DNA of 64,000 nucleotides. Origin: Chthonomonadales bacterium. Its GTDB lineage: Bacteria > Armatimonadota > Chthonomonadetes > Chthonomonadales > CAJBBX01. A model generated the notes under the pieces. That model was given only the letters and a program-made list of their open reading frames with translations, ran no database searches and was not told the origin of the DNA. Positions 1 to 9,532 of this stretch are shown here, in pieces (position 1 is the stretch's first letter; each line of letters starts with the position of its first letter). The position numbers and the translations under genes are program-made. Location of the stretch: contig JBBIPC010000014.1 in NCBI GenBank assembly GCA_037443035.1, positions 15,415 through 79,414 of the forward strand, read 5' to 3'.

Positions 1-12
1 GTCCGCGCGTTC

Positions 13-696
13 GTGAAGGTGCTTGTCATCAGCTTCGTCCTGGCGGGTCTGATTCTGGGAGGTGTGGTTCTCTTTCTCCGCTCCTGGGAAGCCCATCAGC
101 GCACGGGCGAGACGCTCGCGATCCAAGCGCAACTACGAACAGCCAATGCACTAGCCCAGTCAGGGGACCTCGAAGGTGCGGCCAGGGCATACGAGCAGGT
201 CCTCCTAAGAGCGCCCGACTCTGTAGAGGGTATCGTCGCCCGCACGAGCCTTGCGGAGGCGATGAACCGCCTTGGCGTACGCGCCGCCCAGTTCGGGGAA
301 TACGGACGAGCAGCGCAGTGGTTCGCACGAGTTCTCGAACTGTACGAGCGGTATCCCAACGGCATGACGCAGCAGGACCTGTCCACACAACAAGTGGCCC
401 GGGAGAATCTTGATGCGCTCCGCATGCGTCCGGGAGATGCGGTGCTTCCGGAAGGCTCGAGTGCAGGTGAGGAGCCCCCGGCCTCGACGACGCCCGATAG
501 CTTCATGGAGCAGTTTTCGGAGAGGGAGGCTCAGGCGGAAGCCTATCTCGAGCAGGGCGATGCTGCGTATCGTGAAGGGCAGCTAGCCTCGGCACGTCAA
601 CTGTGGAACGAGGCCGCAAAGACGGCACCGGGCTCCAAGGCTGCGCTGACGGCGCAGGAGCGGCTGGCTCAGCATTCTGTACCTCCTCCATTCTGA
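13..696 (+). CDS. Membrane-anchored TPR-repeat protein
   Basis: N-terminal hydrophobic anchor; TPR-like helices (ANALAQSGDLEGAARAYEQVL, GDAAYREGQLASARQLW). Confidence 0.75.
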   Translation: MKVLVISFVLAGLILGGVVLFLRSWEAHQRTGETLAIQAQLRTANALAQSGDLEGAARAYEQVLLRAPDSVEGIVARTSLAEAMNRLGVRAAQFGEYGRAAQWFARVLELYERYPNGMTQQDLSTQQVARENLDALRMRPGDAVLPEGSSAGEEPPASTTPDSFMEQFSEREAQAEAYLEQGDAAYREGQLASARQLWNEAAKTAPGSKAALTAQERLAQHSVPPPF

Positions 697-713
697 ACCG
701 AAGGGATAAGAGA

Positions 714-1841
714 TTGACTGATCCGCCTGGAGACCTGAAACTGCCGGCCGATATGCCGGAGGATATTCGCGCCATAGCGCTTCGAGCGACGCCTGAGGCC
801 GCCAGCGAACTTGGACTCATTGGTGAAGGGCCGGACCGTAAGCGGGCGAAGGCCGCTCGCCGGGCGCTGTACCTGCTTCGTATTCGGGGCATCGAGCCAC
901 TTGCAGAGGAGGTACCCAAGCCGCTCGCCAGTCCAGATGAGAAGCTGGAACCGAAAGTGGAGACGTTCCTCGGCTTTTCCATCCGGCACGGCAGTCGCTT
1001 TCTGCACATCTGCCCCTACGGTGACACCGGTCCGCACACTCTGGTAGAGCTCGGAGAAAGCGGCGAAGTCCTTGCTTGCGGCGGTGGCGAGATGTCGCTC
1101 ATAGAGCTGAAAGAGCGTTACATTGCTCATCAGAGAAAGTCGGGTCGGAGTGCCACGGAACCGCGGCTCTATGCGCCAATAGCACCCGACTATGCAAGGC
1201 ATCTCCTCGAGGACGCTGAGCGTCGGACCCTGGCGGCGGGCCGCCTTGTGCCACTGGGTTTCCATAAGGCTTTGAGCATGCTGCCGCCGCCAAGTCAGAG
1301 CTATGACCGACCGCTCATCTATTCCTACATAACCGCTGAGGAGGTTGCCGGCGATGCACTTGGCACGAAATCCCCGGATCGTCTTCTGAAACAGTACCCT
1401 GTTCTGACGTCATGGCCGTCGGCGGCGGAGCTCGCTCCCTATGTGCAAAGGATCTCCGGCATCGCCACTTCTCCGCTTGTTCTGACGCGGGAACAGCAGC
1501 AAGAGCAGTTCGAGCGAATACTGGCGGAGGCAGTAGACGCCATTGTTACCGATGAGCGTCGTCAGCATCTCATTACGCGCTTGGAGCTCGATGCTCTAGC
1601 TGCCTGGCAATCGAAGGACAAGGAACTCGCCGCGCTTCTTCTCCATCACGCCGTGGCTGGTAGCAGGGCGTCCAGGGCTAGTGCGTGGCCGTTGGCCGTC
1701 CTCCTCATCCGAATAGACATCGTCATGGTTATTAATGACTCACAGTCGTCATCCCGCGCGTCCGAGACGGGTCGCACGAAGCGCGAGACTGAAGATCCTG
1801 GGGGCGATCAAGGTGGCATACCGATCATTCGCGCACGCTAG
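714..1841 (+). CDS. Hypothetical protein
   Basis: Long ORF in operon position; TTG 714 or ATG 753 are the likely starts after the upstream stop at 696. Confidence 0.65.
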   Translation: MTDPPGDLKLPADMPEDIRAIALRATPEAASELGLIGEGPDRKRAKAARRALYLLRIRGIEPLAEEVPKPLASPDEKLEPKVETFLGFSIRHGSRFLHICPYGDTGPHTLVELGESGEVLACGGGEMSLIELKERYIAHQRKSGRSATEPRLYAPIAPDYARHLLEDAERRTLAAGRLVPLGFHKALSMLPPPSQSYDRPLIYSYITAEEVAGDALGTKSPDRLLKQYPVLTSWPSAAELAPYVQRISGIATSPLVLTREQQQEQFERILAEAVDAIVTDERRQHLITRLELDALAAWQSKDKELAALLLHHAVAGSRASRASAWPLAVLLIRIDIVMVINDSQSSSRASETGRTKRETEDPGGDQGGIPIIRAR

Positions 1842-1845
1842 CTTG

Positions 1846-2631
1846 ATGATCCTAGCGGCGGTCACATTGCTGGCTGCACCGGAGCGCCACCAATCACGCG
1901 ATGGAGGCCGTCATCGGGTGATCGTCGTGGCCCATCGTGGCGGAGCAGGTCTGGCACCCGAGAACACTCTGGAGGCGTACCGAAACGCGATCCGCATCGG
2001 GGCGGACTACGTGGAGATAGACGTCCGGGAGACCGCGGACGGCGCCCTGGTCATCATGCACGACAGCGCCGTAGACCGAACGACCGATGGTACTGGTGAA
2101 GTCTCTCGCTTGAGTGCTTCGACCATCGCCCGGCTGAACGCTGCAGCTAAGTACCCTGGTGCCAGACGGCAGCGCGTTCCTACCCTAGAGGACGTCGCGC
2201 GCTTGTGTCGGGGAAAGATCGGCATCTACATGGACCACAAGAGCGCGCCTGTGAGGAAAGTACTGGGTGTTCTCGACCGCGTGCGCTTCGGCGAACGGAT
2301 CGTTGTCTATGGCAGCCTGGAGACCCTGCGCGAATACCGTTCTCTCCGACCCCGGTGGCTACTCATGCCAGGCCATCCGGCTAACGAGACCCAGATGAAG
2401 TCCCTCGCTCAGACGATCGCTCCGGTAGCCTTCGATGGGCATGCCCTCGAATGGACGGAGGAGCAGGTGCGCCAAGCCCACGCGTGTGGTGGACAGGTCT
2501 GGATGGATATCATGGGCCCCACCGACAACCCGGAGGGCTATGCTCGGGCTGCGGAAATGGGAGCCGATGCTCTGCAAACGGACTATCCGGACAGGCTGAT
2601 TGGCTGGCTGAAGGACCGTGGACTACGATAG
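1846..2631 (+). CDS. Glycerophosphodiester phosphodiesterase (GDPD family), probably exported
   Basis: VAHRGG..APENTL..Y, VEIDVRETADG..VIMHD..VDRTTDG, C-terminal QTDYPD motifs. Confidence 0.9.
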   Translation: MILAAVTLLAAPERHQSRDGGRHRVIVVAHRGGAGLAPENTLEAYRNAIRIGADYVEIDVRETADGALVIMHDSAVDRTTDGTGEVSRLSASTIARLNAAAKYPGARRQRVPTLEDVARLCRGKIGIYMDHKSAPVRKVLGVLDRVRFGERIVVYGSLETLREYRSLRPRWLLMPGHPANETQMKSLAQTIAPVAFDGHALEWTEEQVRQAHACGGQVWMDIMGPTDNPEGYARAAEMGADALQTDYPDRLIGWLKDRGLR

Positions 2632-2648
2632 CGATCGGCGGCTGACTG

Positions 2649-3521
2649 CTACCTTCGCATGAGCCAGACGCTAGCCGCCATCATCGCCACGAGCAAGAGT
2701 CCGGCGTAAAGGAGTGCGAAGCGCTCGTGCCTCTCGTAGCGGAAGCTCCGACGATGGACGGCCAGCACGACGAGTGCCATGGGAACCAGAGCGGGCAGAC
2801 TCCATCCCGTCAATAGGACTAACAGCATGTAGAGGGCGAGGACCAGGGCTAGAGGACGCACCGTGCGTCCATACCCCGCTGTGTCCCCCACGAACCGGCA
2901 CATGGCAGCTACGAAGAAAGCCATGAAAACGAAATCGGCGAAGCCAACCACCGCTATGGGAGCCGCCCCGGATGTCGGAGCAGGCAGTCGCACCGTCATG
3001 GCCTGGGTAACCTTCTGGGCCGTTGCCGTCTGACTCGTCATCAGCTGCTGGACAGGCCCACCAAGCAGAACTGTCCACATATCGACGATGGCCAGGGCTG
3101 CTGCTGCCGGTGGCACCATATTGGCGCTCCGCATGAGGCGCGACAGGAGGACGCCGATGGCGGCACCGAATAGGATGAACACGAGCTCGGGCAACCCAGG
3201 CACCAGAAGCATCCAGCTCCATGGCGGTACCAGCGTACCCATGGCGTAGAGAACACGGAGTGGTAGGATGCAGGCAGCCGATACGGCCGCGATCCCAAGA
3301 GCTGATGGTACGCTGCGCATGGCACGTGCCGCCGAGGCAGTGACAAGGACGACCAGCACAAGCGACAGGATCGTGGCGACGATCACCGTGACTAGGCGCT
3401 CGTCCCGAACCCGCGGAGCGACCTGCCAGAACAGTAGGTAGGCAATGCTGTAGATCGCCGCCGATCGCCAAGGCGATTGCTTGCGTGCTCCTTCGATAGT
3501 GTCGGGCTTGACCGGGTCCAT
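2649..3521 (-). CDS. Polytopic membrane protein with presenilin/signal-peptide-peptidase-like motifs
   Basis: About 9 hydrophobic segments; IVDMWTV, VGFADFVF and LPALVP motifs in presenilin order; ATG 3521 preceded by GGAGG. Confidence 0.6.
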   Translation of the reverse strand: MDPVKPDTIEGARKQSPWRSAAIYSIAYLLFWQVAPRVRDERLVTVIVATILSLVLVVLVTASAARAMRSVPSALGIAAVSAACILPLRVLYAMGTLVPPWSWMLLVPGLPELVFILFGAAIGVLLSRLMRSANMVPPAAAALAIVDMWTVLLGGPVQQLMTSQTATAQKVTQAMTVRLPAPTSGAAPIAVVGFADFVFMAFFVAAMCRFVGDTAGYGRTVRPLALVLALYMLLVLLTGWSLPALVPMALVVLAVHRRSFRYERHERFALLYAGLLLVAMMAASVWLMRR

Positions 3522-3537
3522 GCGCCTCCGTCCAGCT

Positions 3538-3567
3538 TTGACTCGCTGGGTTCGGGTATTGTACACT
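3538..3567 (+). promoter_or_regulatory. Putative sigma70 promoter of the ANTAR RR/kinase operon
   Basis: TTGACT (3538-3543), 18 nt spacer, TACACT (3562-3567); overlapped by a minus-strand TACAAT (3558-3563). Confidence 0.5.
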
Positions 3568-3656
3568 ACCGCCAGCCAATGGAGCCTGAGAGTCACGACG
3601 CGACGGCACGGACGGCGTACCGATCGCGCTGAGACATAGCAGAGGAGTGAGAGCAC

Positions 3657-4253
3657 TTGTCACAGACCGAGACCGCACAGAGACCTCTACGGATCGTCAT
3701 TGCTGATGACGAGCCGATCATCCGGCTGGACCTGCGCAAGACGCTGGAGAAGCTCGGTTACGAAGTAGTAGGAGAAGCTGGTGATGGGGGCACCGCCCTG
3801 GAGGCGGTACGAGACCTGCGGCCGGACGTCGCGATACTGGACATCCGCATGCCTGTAATGGATGGGATCGAGGTCGCCCGTGTCCTTCACGATGAGCATC
3901 TGGCCCCGGTGCTGATACTGACCGGGTACCCAGAGGCGGATCTGGTGCGTCGAGCGTCCGATGCGGGCGTGTACTACTACCTGGTGAAGCCTTACCGCGA
4001 CACAGACCTCATGCCGGCGGTCGAGATCACTCTGAGCCGCTGGAAGGAGTACCTTGCCCTCGAGAAGGAGGCACGAAGCCTCGAGGAGAAGCTCGAGACG
4101 CGGAAGGTCGTAGAGCGTGCGAAAGGCATTCTCATGGACAAGCTAGGCCTCAGCGAGAGCGAGGCGTTTCGGCGCATTCAACTACAGGCCATGAACACTC
4201 GCAAGTCCATGCGCGAGATCGCTGAAGCCATCATCGTCGCCTACAGCGTCTGA
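3657..4253 (+). CDS. REC-ANTAR response regulator (PdtaR/EutV/NasT-like)
   Basis: IADDE, ILDIRMP receiver domain; C-terminal RKVVERAKGILM..EAFRRIQ..AM ANTAR signature. Confidence 0.93.
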   Translation: MSQTETAQRPLRIVIADDEPIIRLDLRKTLEKLGYEVVGEAGDGGTALEAVRDLRPDVAILDIRMPVMDGIEVARVLHDEHLAPVLILTGYPEADLVRRASDAGVYYYLVKPYRDTDLMPAVEITLSRWKEYLALEKEARSLEEKLETRKVVERAKGILMDKLGLSESEAFRRIQLQAMNTRKSMREIAEAIIVAYSV

Positions 4254-4261
4254 GTCGGGCC

Positions 4262-6022
4262 ATGAAATCCCGCTTCCGGTTTCGAAACCCGCTTCTGTGG
4301 CGTGCGCGCCGACCTGTCACGGACAGCGACCCCGATACGCTCCGCAGGGAGATTGCATTGCGGGACAAAGCCATCGAAGAGGCGAAACACGTTGTCAACG
4401 AACTCCGGCGAGAGCTGGAGGAATGCAAGGCCGAGGCCGACGCTCTGCGCCGTGTTGCAGAGACGACAGGCTCCTCCTTCGATCTCGAAGACATGCTCCG
4501 CCTGACCGTGGACATCGCCATGAAGGTCACGGGCACCGATTCCTGCCAGCTCTACCTGCTCGACCGAAGGACCAACGAGCTGGTACTGCGTGCAGCCGAC
4601 GAAACCGGTCAGAGCATGATCGGCAAGATCCGTCTCAAGGTCGGGGAAGGGATCACTGGGTGGGCCGCCCGGGAAAGGAAGCCTGTCGCCATCAGCAGGA
4701 ACGCCACGAGCGATGGGCGCTTCCGCTACTTCCCACAGATCCATGAGGAAGAGTACGAGAGCATTCTCTCGGTGCCTCTTGTCTACCGGAATCAGATGCT
4801 GGGCGTTGTCAACGTGCGGACACGGGAGCCCCACGAATACACCAAGCACCAGATGCGCCTTCTGTCGGGCATTGCTAGTCAAGTGGCAGGCGCAATCGAG
4901 CGGACGAGGCGACAGCGGCAGCTCGAGCGTACCGCCGTGCACCTGCAGCACCTCTCGGAAGTTAGCGAAGCCATCATGTCCAACGTCTACCTCGACGACA
5001 TGCTTTCCATGTTCGTCGAGATGACGGCCCGGACCATGGGTTACAAGATCTGTACGGTCATGCTGGTGGACCACGAGACTCAGGAGCTGGTTATCAAGGC
5101 GACCCAGAGCCCGAATCCTGATTACATCCGCAAACCTCGCCCGAAGGTCGGAGAGAGCATTGCCGGTCGGGCAGCTCGGGAAGGCCGGGTCATCACTGTC
5201 ACCGACGTCAAGAAGCACCCGGACTACCGTTTCCCCGAAATCGCAGAGAAGGCCGGGTTGACGTCGCTGGCATCGGTTCCGCTCATGATCAAAGGCGAAG
5301 TGCTGGGGGTGTTGAACTGCTACACAGAGAAGCCTCATGAGTTCACCCAGGAAGAACTAGCGATTCTGCAGGCGCTGAGCGCTCAGGCAGCCCTGGCCAT
5401 TCTCACCGCTCGACACATGCTCCAATCGGCGGTCATCCAGGAGATGCACCATCGGGTCAAGAACAGTCTCCAGCAAATCGCCAGTCTCGTCCGCTTGCAG
5501 ATGCACTTCGGCCACCACGCGACAGTAGAATCGGCGATGCAGGACACGCTCAACCGTATCCTTGCCATCGCAGCCGTACATGAACTGCTGCTTCGCGAAG
5601 ACCTGGATCGCGTGAGCGTGAACAAGCTAGCCGAGCAGATCCTGTTCGCTACCAAGCAGAGCCTGGTGCCTCCGGGCAAGTCCATTCATACCGATGTGGT
5701 TGGTCAGGAGCTCCGCGTCCCCCTGAGCCATGCTACGACTCTCGCGCTCGTCCTTAACGAGCTGGTCCAGAATGCCGTCGAGCATGGTTTCCGCGAGTTG
5801 GATGAAGGACGGATACACATCTCCATCGCGAAGGGCGACCAGAGCGTAACGATCACCGTGACCAACGACGGAGCGCCGCTTCCACCGGGTTTCGATCCCG
5901 CGCAGACGGAAAGCCTGGGTCTCCGCATCGTGACGGACCTGGTCAAAGGCTCGCTCTCCGGCACCTTCGAGATGCGGAGCGAGAACGGAATCGTCGCCCG
6001 TGTGACGTTCCCAGTGCCATAG
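4262..6022 (+). CDS. Soluble GAF-GAF sensor histidine kinase (HisKA_2/PdtaS-EutW type)
   Basis: Coiled coil, two GAF domains, H-box EMHHRVKNSLQ, NELVQNAVEH, SLGLRIV; no transmembrane segment. Confidence 0.92.
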   Translation: MKSRFRFRNPLLWRARRPVTDSDPDTLRREIALRDKAIEEAKHVVNELRRELEECKAEADALRRVAETTGSSFDLEDMLRLTVDIAMKVTGTDSCQLYLLDRRTNELVLRAADETGQSMIGKIRLKVGEGITGWAARERKPVAISRNATSDGRFRYFPQIHEEEYESILSVPLVYRNQMLGVVNVRTREPHEYTKHQMRLLSGIASQVAGAIERTRRQRQLERTAVHLQHLSEVSEAIMSNVYLDDMLSMFVEMTARTMGYKICTVMLVDHETQELVIKATQSPNPDYIRKPRPKVGESIAGRAAREGRVITVTDVKKHPDYRFPEIAEKAGLTSLASVPLMIKGEVLGVLNCYTEKPHEFTQEELAILQALSAQAALAILTARHMLQSAVIQEMHHRVKNSLQQIASLVRLQMHFGHHATVESAMQDTLNRILAIAAVHELLLREDLDRVSVNKLAEQILFATKQSLVPPGKSIHTDVVGQELRVPLSHATTLALVLNELVQNAVEHGFRELDEGRIHISIAKGDQSVTITVTNDGAPLPPGFDPAQTESLGLRIVTDLVKGSLSGTFEMRSENGIVARVTFPVP

Positions 6023-6087
6023 CGGCGTCCCATTGATGGTATGCTATCGTGCATCGAGCGGGATCCCGGCTCGGAGGTAGTCACCGC

Positions 6088-6393
6088 ATGGACACAGGAA
6101 CGCACACCAACACACGCGCAGACAGTATTATCCAAGAAGAGGTAACTCCCGAAACCGGCGACACACCGCCCGTCTTCGGTCGCTGCCCTGTGTGCGGCAA
6201 GCCCCTGCGTCCTCGCGACAAGCGCACCGGCGCTCCAGCCGCCCCCAAACCTGGTACAGGGTACGAGAGCCGCGCTCGCTGCAGCGGATGTGGCACCATA
6301 CTCGTCTATCTTGGGGGCGGTCGGTGGCGTCCGCTGACCGAGGACGACCTTACGGACGACGACCGCTTCGCGGACTCCATCGGATTGGACTGA
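6088..6393 (+). CDS. Small zinc-ribbon protein
   Basis: CPVC...CSGC pairs; GGAGG at 6073-6077 before ATG 6088. Confidence 0.65.
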   Translation: MDTGTHTNTRADSIIQEEVTPETGDTPPVFGRCPVCGKPLRPRDKRTGAPAAPKPGTGYESRARCSGCGTILVYLGGGRWRPLTEDDLTDDDRFADSIGLD

Positions 6394-6427
6394 GCGGAAC
6401 CGCGTCTTCCCCCGCCCGCACCCACAC

Positions 6428-6443
6428 AGCGCCGAACGGCGCT
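6428..6443. terminator. Short GC hairpin between convergent genes
   Basis: AGCGCC-GAAC-GGCGCT; no clear U-tract. Confidence 0.3.
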
Positions 6444-6502
6444 TAGGTCGAGAGCGCAGCCAGCACCAGAGCGCGGGTGGGACGGCAGGCAGGTGCCGTT
6501 TC

Positions 6503-7843
6503 TCAGGTGCTGTAGGGAGTGAAGTCCGGCTGCTGCACGCCCAGCATTTCGTAAGCGGTCTCTCGGACCAGGCGCTCACAATCGGGCGTGAACATGAGGC
6601 TGTTGTAGTAGCGGTGGGCGTACTGGACCTCGTATCCGCCGAATGCGTAGTCGGCCTCGGTTGGGAGATAGTTCTTGGCGCCGTTTGTGCACCCAAGAGG
6701 AAAGACTGGCTGATCCGTCTGGTTGTCGAAGTCCAGCGCATATTGCACGAATACTTCAGCGGGCAAGCCGATAAACCGCGCACCGCCAATCGTCAGCACC
6801 TGGATCGGGAATGGCATCGTGAAGGTGCTCTGGCCCGACGCTGCAAGCTCGCGCTCCTTGCGGCAATAGGTCAGCATGCCTTCCGCGTTGAGGATTGCGC
6901 CCATGTTGCCGCCCGCCTTGGCGTCAGCGAGCTTCTGCTCCCAGTCGGCGATCTCGGCATCGATCTCATTCACGGCCCGCGGCGGAGTGAGAGGGAGTTC
7001 CACTGTCCGCTCCTCGAAGCCCAACGGCTCATCGTCGTAGAGGGGTGTAGCGTTGTGCCATGCGTGCAGCGCCGCTTGCCCCAATGTGCGCCCGTTGTGC
7101 GCAGCAGAGATGTACGTTCCGCGCCGATACGGGTTGATGTTGCCGCTGCATCCCTGGAGGAACAGTGGTGTGATCCCGCCGCCTGACTCGCTGCGCACGT
7201 GATCGGCGGCGTAGCCACAGTAGTCCGCAGTGATACGGAGATTGTCACCGCCAAGTGTAGTGCCATGGCACGCGTGAGCGAACAGGAGCGCGAAGGTACC
7301 CCCGGACGGTAGCGAGACGCTGAGGACATCTACGTAAGGCGCCACCGGACCTGCAAAGTTGAGACCCAGCACGGTCTGCTTCGTTTTCGGACACGTCTGC
7401 CTTCGGTTGATGCCGATCTGTACAGGAGCGCGGCCGTAGGCCAGGACGGCCGGTTTCATGGTCTCCGCCGCCTGCCTCGTGACACCGACAAGCTTGCGCA
7501 CGAGGACGTCTATGTACGCCGGATCCCGCGATCCCATGGCGTTGTACAACCCAAGATTGGGGCCGCCATGCGTATGACTGCAGTTCAGCATGATGGCGGC
7601 TGGCTCCAGACCCACCTCGGTGGCGATGCCCTCGCGAACCCGCGTGACCAGATCGTCTGGCAAGGCGATGAGATCCATCGAGAGGATCGCTACGGCCGTG
7701 CGCCCGTCGTTGAACACCACTGCTCGGGCATGCAGTTCGTCGTGGACGAGCGTGCAACCCGTCGGTCGAAAGGCGTAGCCCGCCATCCAGACACCCAGCG
7801 GCGGTGTAATATTGGTCTCGCATACTCCGGCATACAGAGGCAT
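6503..7843 (-). CDS. Neutral/alkaline ceramidase-like amidohydrolase
   Basis: ITPPLG..MAGY..R, HDELHARA, CSHTHGGP, INRR, HACH, ADYCG, LQGCSGNINP, EVFVQY motifs. Confidence 0.85.
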   Translation of the reverse strand: MPLYAGVCETNITPPLGVWMAGYAFRPTGCTLVHDELHARAVVFNDGRTAVAILSMDLIALPDDLVTRVREGIATEVGLEPAAIMLNCSHTHGGPNLGLYNAMGSRDPAYIDVLVRKLVGVTRQAAETMKPAVLAYGRAPVQIGINRRQTCPKTKQTVLGLNFAGPVAPYVDVLSVSLPSGGTFALLFAHACHGTTLGGDNLRITADYCGYAADHVRSESGGGITPLFLQGCSGNINPYRRGTYISAAHNGRTLGQAALHAWHNATPLYDDEPLGFEERTVELPLTPPRAVNEIDAEIADWEQKLADAKAGGNMGAILNAEGMLTYCRKERELAASGQSTFTMPFPIQVLTIGGARFIGLPAEVFVQYALDFDNQTDQPVFPLGCTNGAKNYLPTEADYAFGGYEVQYAHRYYNSLMFTPDCERLVRETAYEMLGVQQPDFTPYST

Positions 7844-8040
7844 GATTCTCTCCTGCACTTGCACGCGGCACCGACCCTCGGCGCCTGGTCCTGTCTGCTG
7901 CGTGTCCGGATTGTACCCGAACCGCCGTGCTGCCATGGGAACGGACGCCGGCAATGGTTCCCTGGCGAACCTAGGTGCAGCTAGGCTCTCTGGGGCAGTA
8001 TACTACGCTGGTAGCGCCAAACTGGCCCTTGCCCATAGAC

Positions 8041-9501
8041 ATGGCCTATTCATCGTTTCAAGAGTTCCTGCATCGTCTCGAATCCGCTGGCGAGCTGCAA
8101 CGCATCGCCGAGCCTGTCTCGCCGCACCTGGAGATCACGGAGATCGCCGACCGCGTCATGAAGAGCCCGGGTGGTGGAAAGGCGTTGCTCTTCGAGAGAC
8201 CGCTCGATAGTGACATTCCTGTGGCCATCAACGTGTTTGGCTCGCGGAGACGGATGTCGTGGGCACTTGGGGCGGAAGACTACGAGGACGTCGCGAAAGA
8301 GATCGAGGCGCTTCTGCGCCCTGAGGTTCCCGACACTCTGAGCGGCAAGCTGCGAATGCTCGGACCATTGCGCCGACTCGCCTCGATGCCACCCAAACGG
8401 GCCTCCAGCGGCCTCTGTCAGGAAGTGGTCCACATCGGTGACAGCGTGAATCTCCGACGTCTCCCTGTCCTCCACTGTTGGCCCGACGACGGTGGGCCGT
8501 TCATTACGCTTCCACTAGTGTTCACCTACGATCCGAGCACGGGTAAGCGCAACGTCGGTATGTACCGAATCCAGATCTACGACGAGCGTACGACAGGCTT
8601 GCACTGGCAGCTTCACAAGGTCGGGGCTGAACACCACCGTCTGCGCGAGGGCCAGAACGAGGACCCGAAACCCTACGACGTGGCCATCGCGCTGGGCAGC
8701 GACCCGGTCTACACGTTCTGCGCTGCCGCACCGTTGCCTCCTGCAATCGACGAGATGCTGTTCGCCGGTTTCCTCCGGCGCAAGCCCGTGCCGCTCGTTC
8801 GATGCAAGACGGTAGACGTGGAAGTGCCTGCCGACGCGGAGATCGTCATCGAGGGCAAGGTAGACCCCTCGGAACGTCGCCCAGAAGGACCATTCGGCGA
8901 CCACACGGGCTTCTATACACCTGTGGAGCCTTACCCGGTCCTGCACGTGACCGCCATAACGCACCGCAAGAACCCGGTCTATCCGGCGACCATCGTGGGC
9001 AGGCCACCCATGGAGGACGGCTGGATCGGCAAGGCCATCGAGCGCGTGTTCCTCCCTATGATTCGCCTCATGGTTCCGGAGATAGTGGACATCAATCTGC
9101 CCGTGGAGGGGTGTTTCCACAACATCGTCCTCGTCAGCATCCGCAAGCGATACCCCGGTCACGCCTTCAAGGTCATGAACGCGCTATGGGGGCTCGGCCA
9201 GCTTATGTTCTCGAAGATGATCTTCGTTTTCGATGATGATGTGAACGTGCAGGATGCTGCGGAGTGCGTCTGGATTCTCAGCAACAACCTGGATCCAGAA
9301 CGTGACATGCTTGTCAGCAAAGGTCCTGTGGACGTTCTGGACCACGCCTCACGCGAGACGGGCTTCGGGTCGAAGGTGGGGTTCGACTGTACACGCAAGT
9401 TGCCCCAGGAGGGGCATCACCGACCATGGCCCCAGCGCATTCGTATGTCCGACGAGGTCCGGGCGAAGATCGATGCCCTCTGGCCGAAGCTCGGCCTGTA
9501 G
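8041..9501 (+). CDS. UbiD-family decarboxylase (menaquinone futalosine pathway, MqnL-type)
   Basis: CWPDDGGPFITLP, RNVGMYR, EGPFGDHTGFY, GRPPMEDG motifs; clustered with ubiX/ubiA/mqnA. Confidence 0.93.
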   Translation: MAYSSFQEFLHRLESAGELQRIAEPVSPHLEITEIADRVMKSPGGGKALLFERPLDSDIPVAINVFGSRRRMSWALGAEDYEDVAKEIEALLRPEVPDTLSGKLRMLGPLRRLASMPPKRASSGLCQEVVHIGDSVNLRRLPVLHCWPDDGGPFITLPLVFTYDPSTGKRNVGMYRIQIYDERTTGLHWQLHKVGAEHHRLREGQNEDPKPYDVAIALGSDPVYTFCAAAPLPPAIDEMLFAGFLRRKPVPLVRCKTVDVEVPADAEIVIEGKVDPSERRPEGPFGDHTGFYTPVEPYPVLHVTAITHRKNPVYPATIVGRPPMEDGWIGKAIERVFLPMIRLMVPEIVDINLPVEGCFHNIVLVSIRKRYPGHAFKVMNALWGLGQLMFSKMIFVFDDDVNVQDAAECVWILSNNLDPERDMLVSKGPVDVLDHASRETGFGSKVGFDCTRKLPQEGHHRPWPQRIRMSDEVRAKIDALWPKLGL

Positions 9502-9532
9502 GCCCGTGACACCGGTGTCTCACGTCGGCGCG

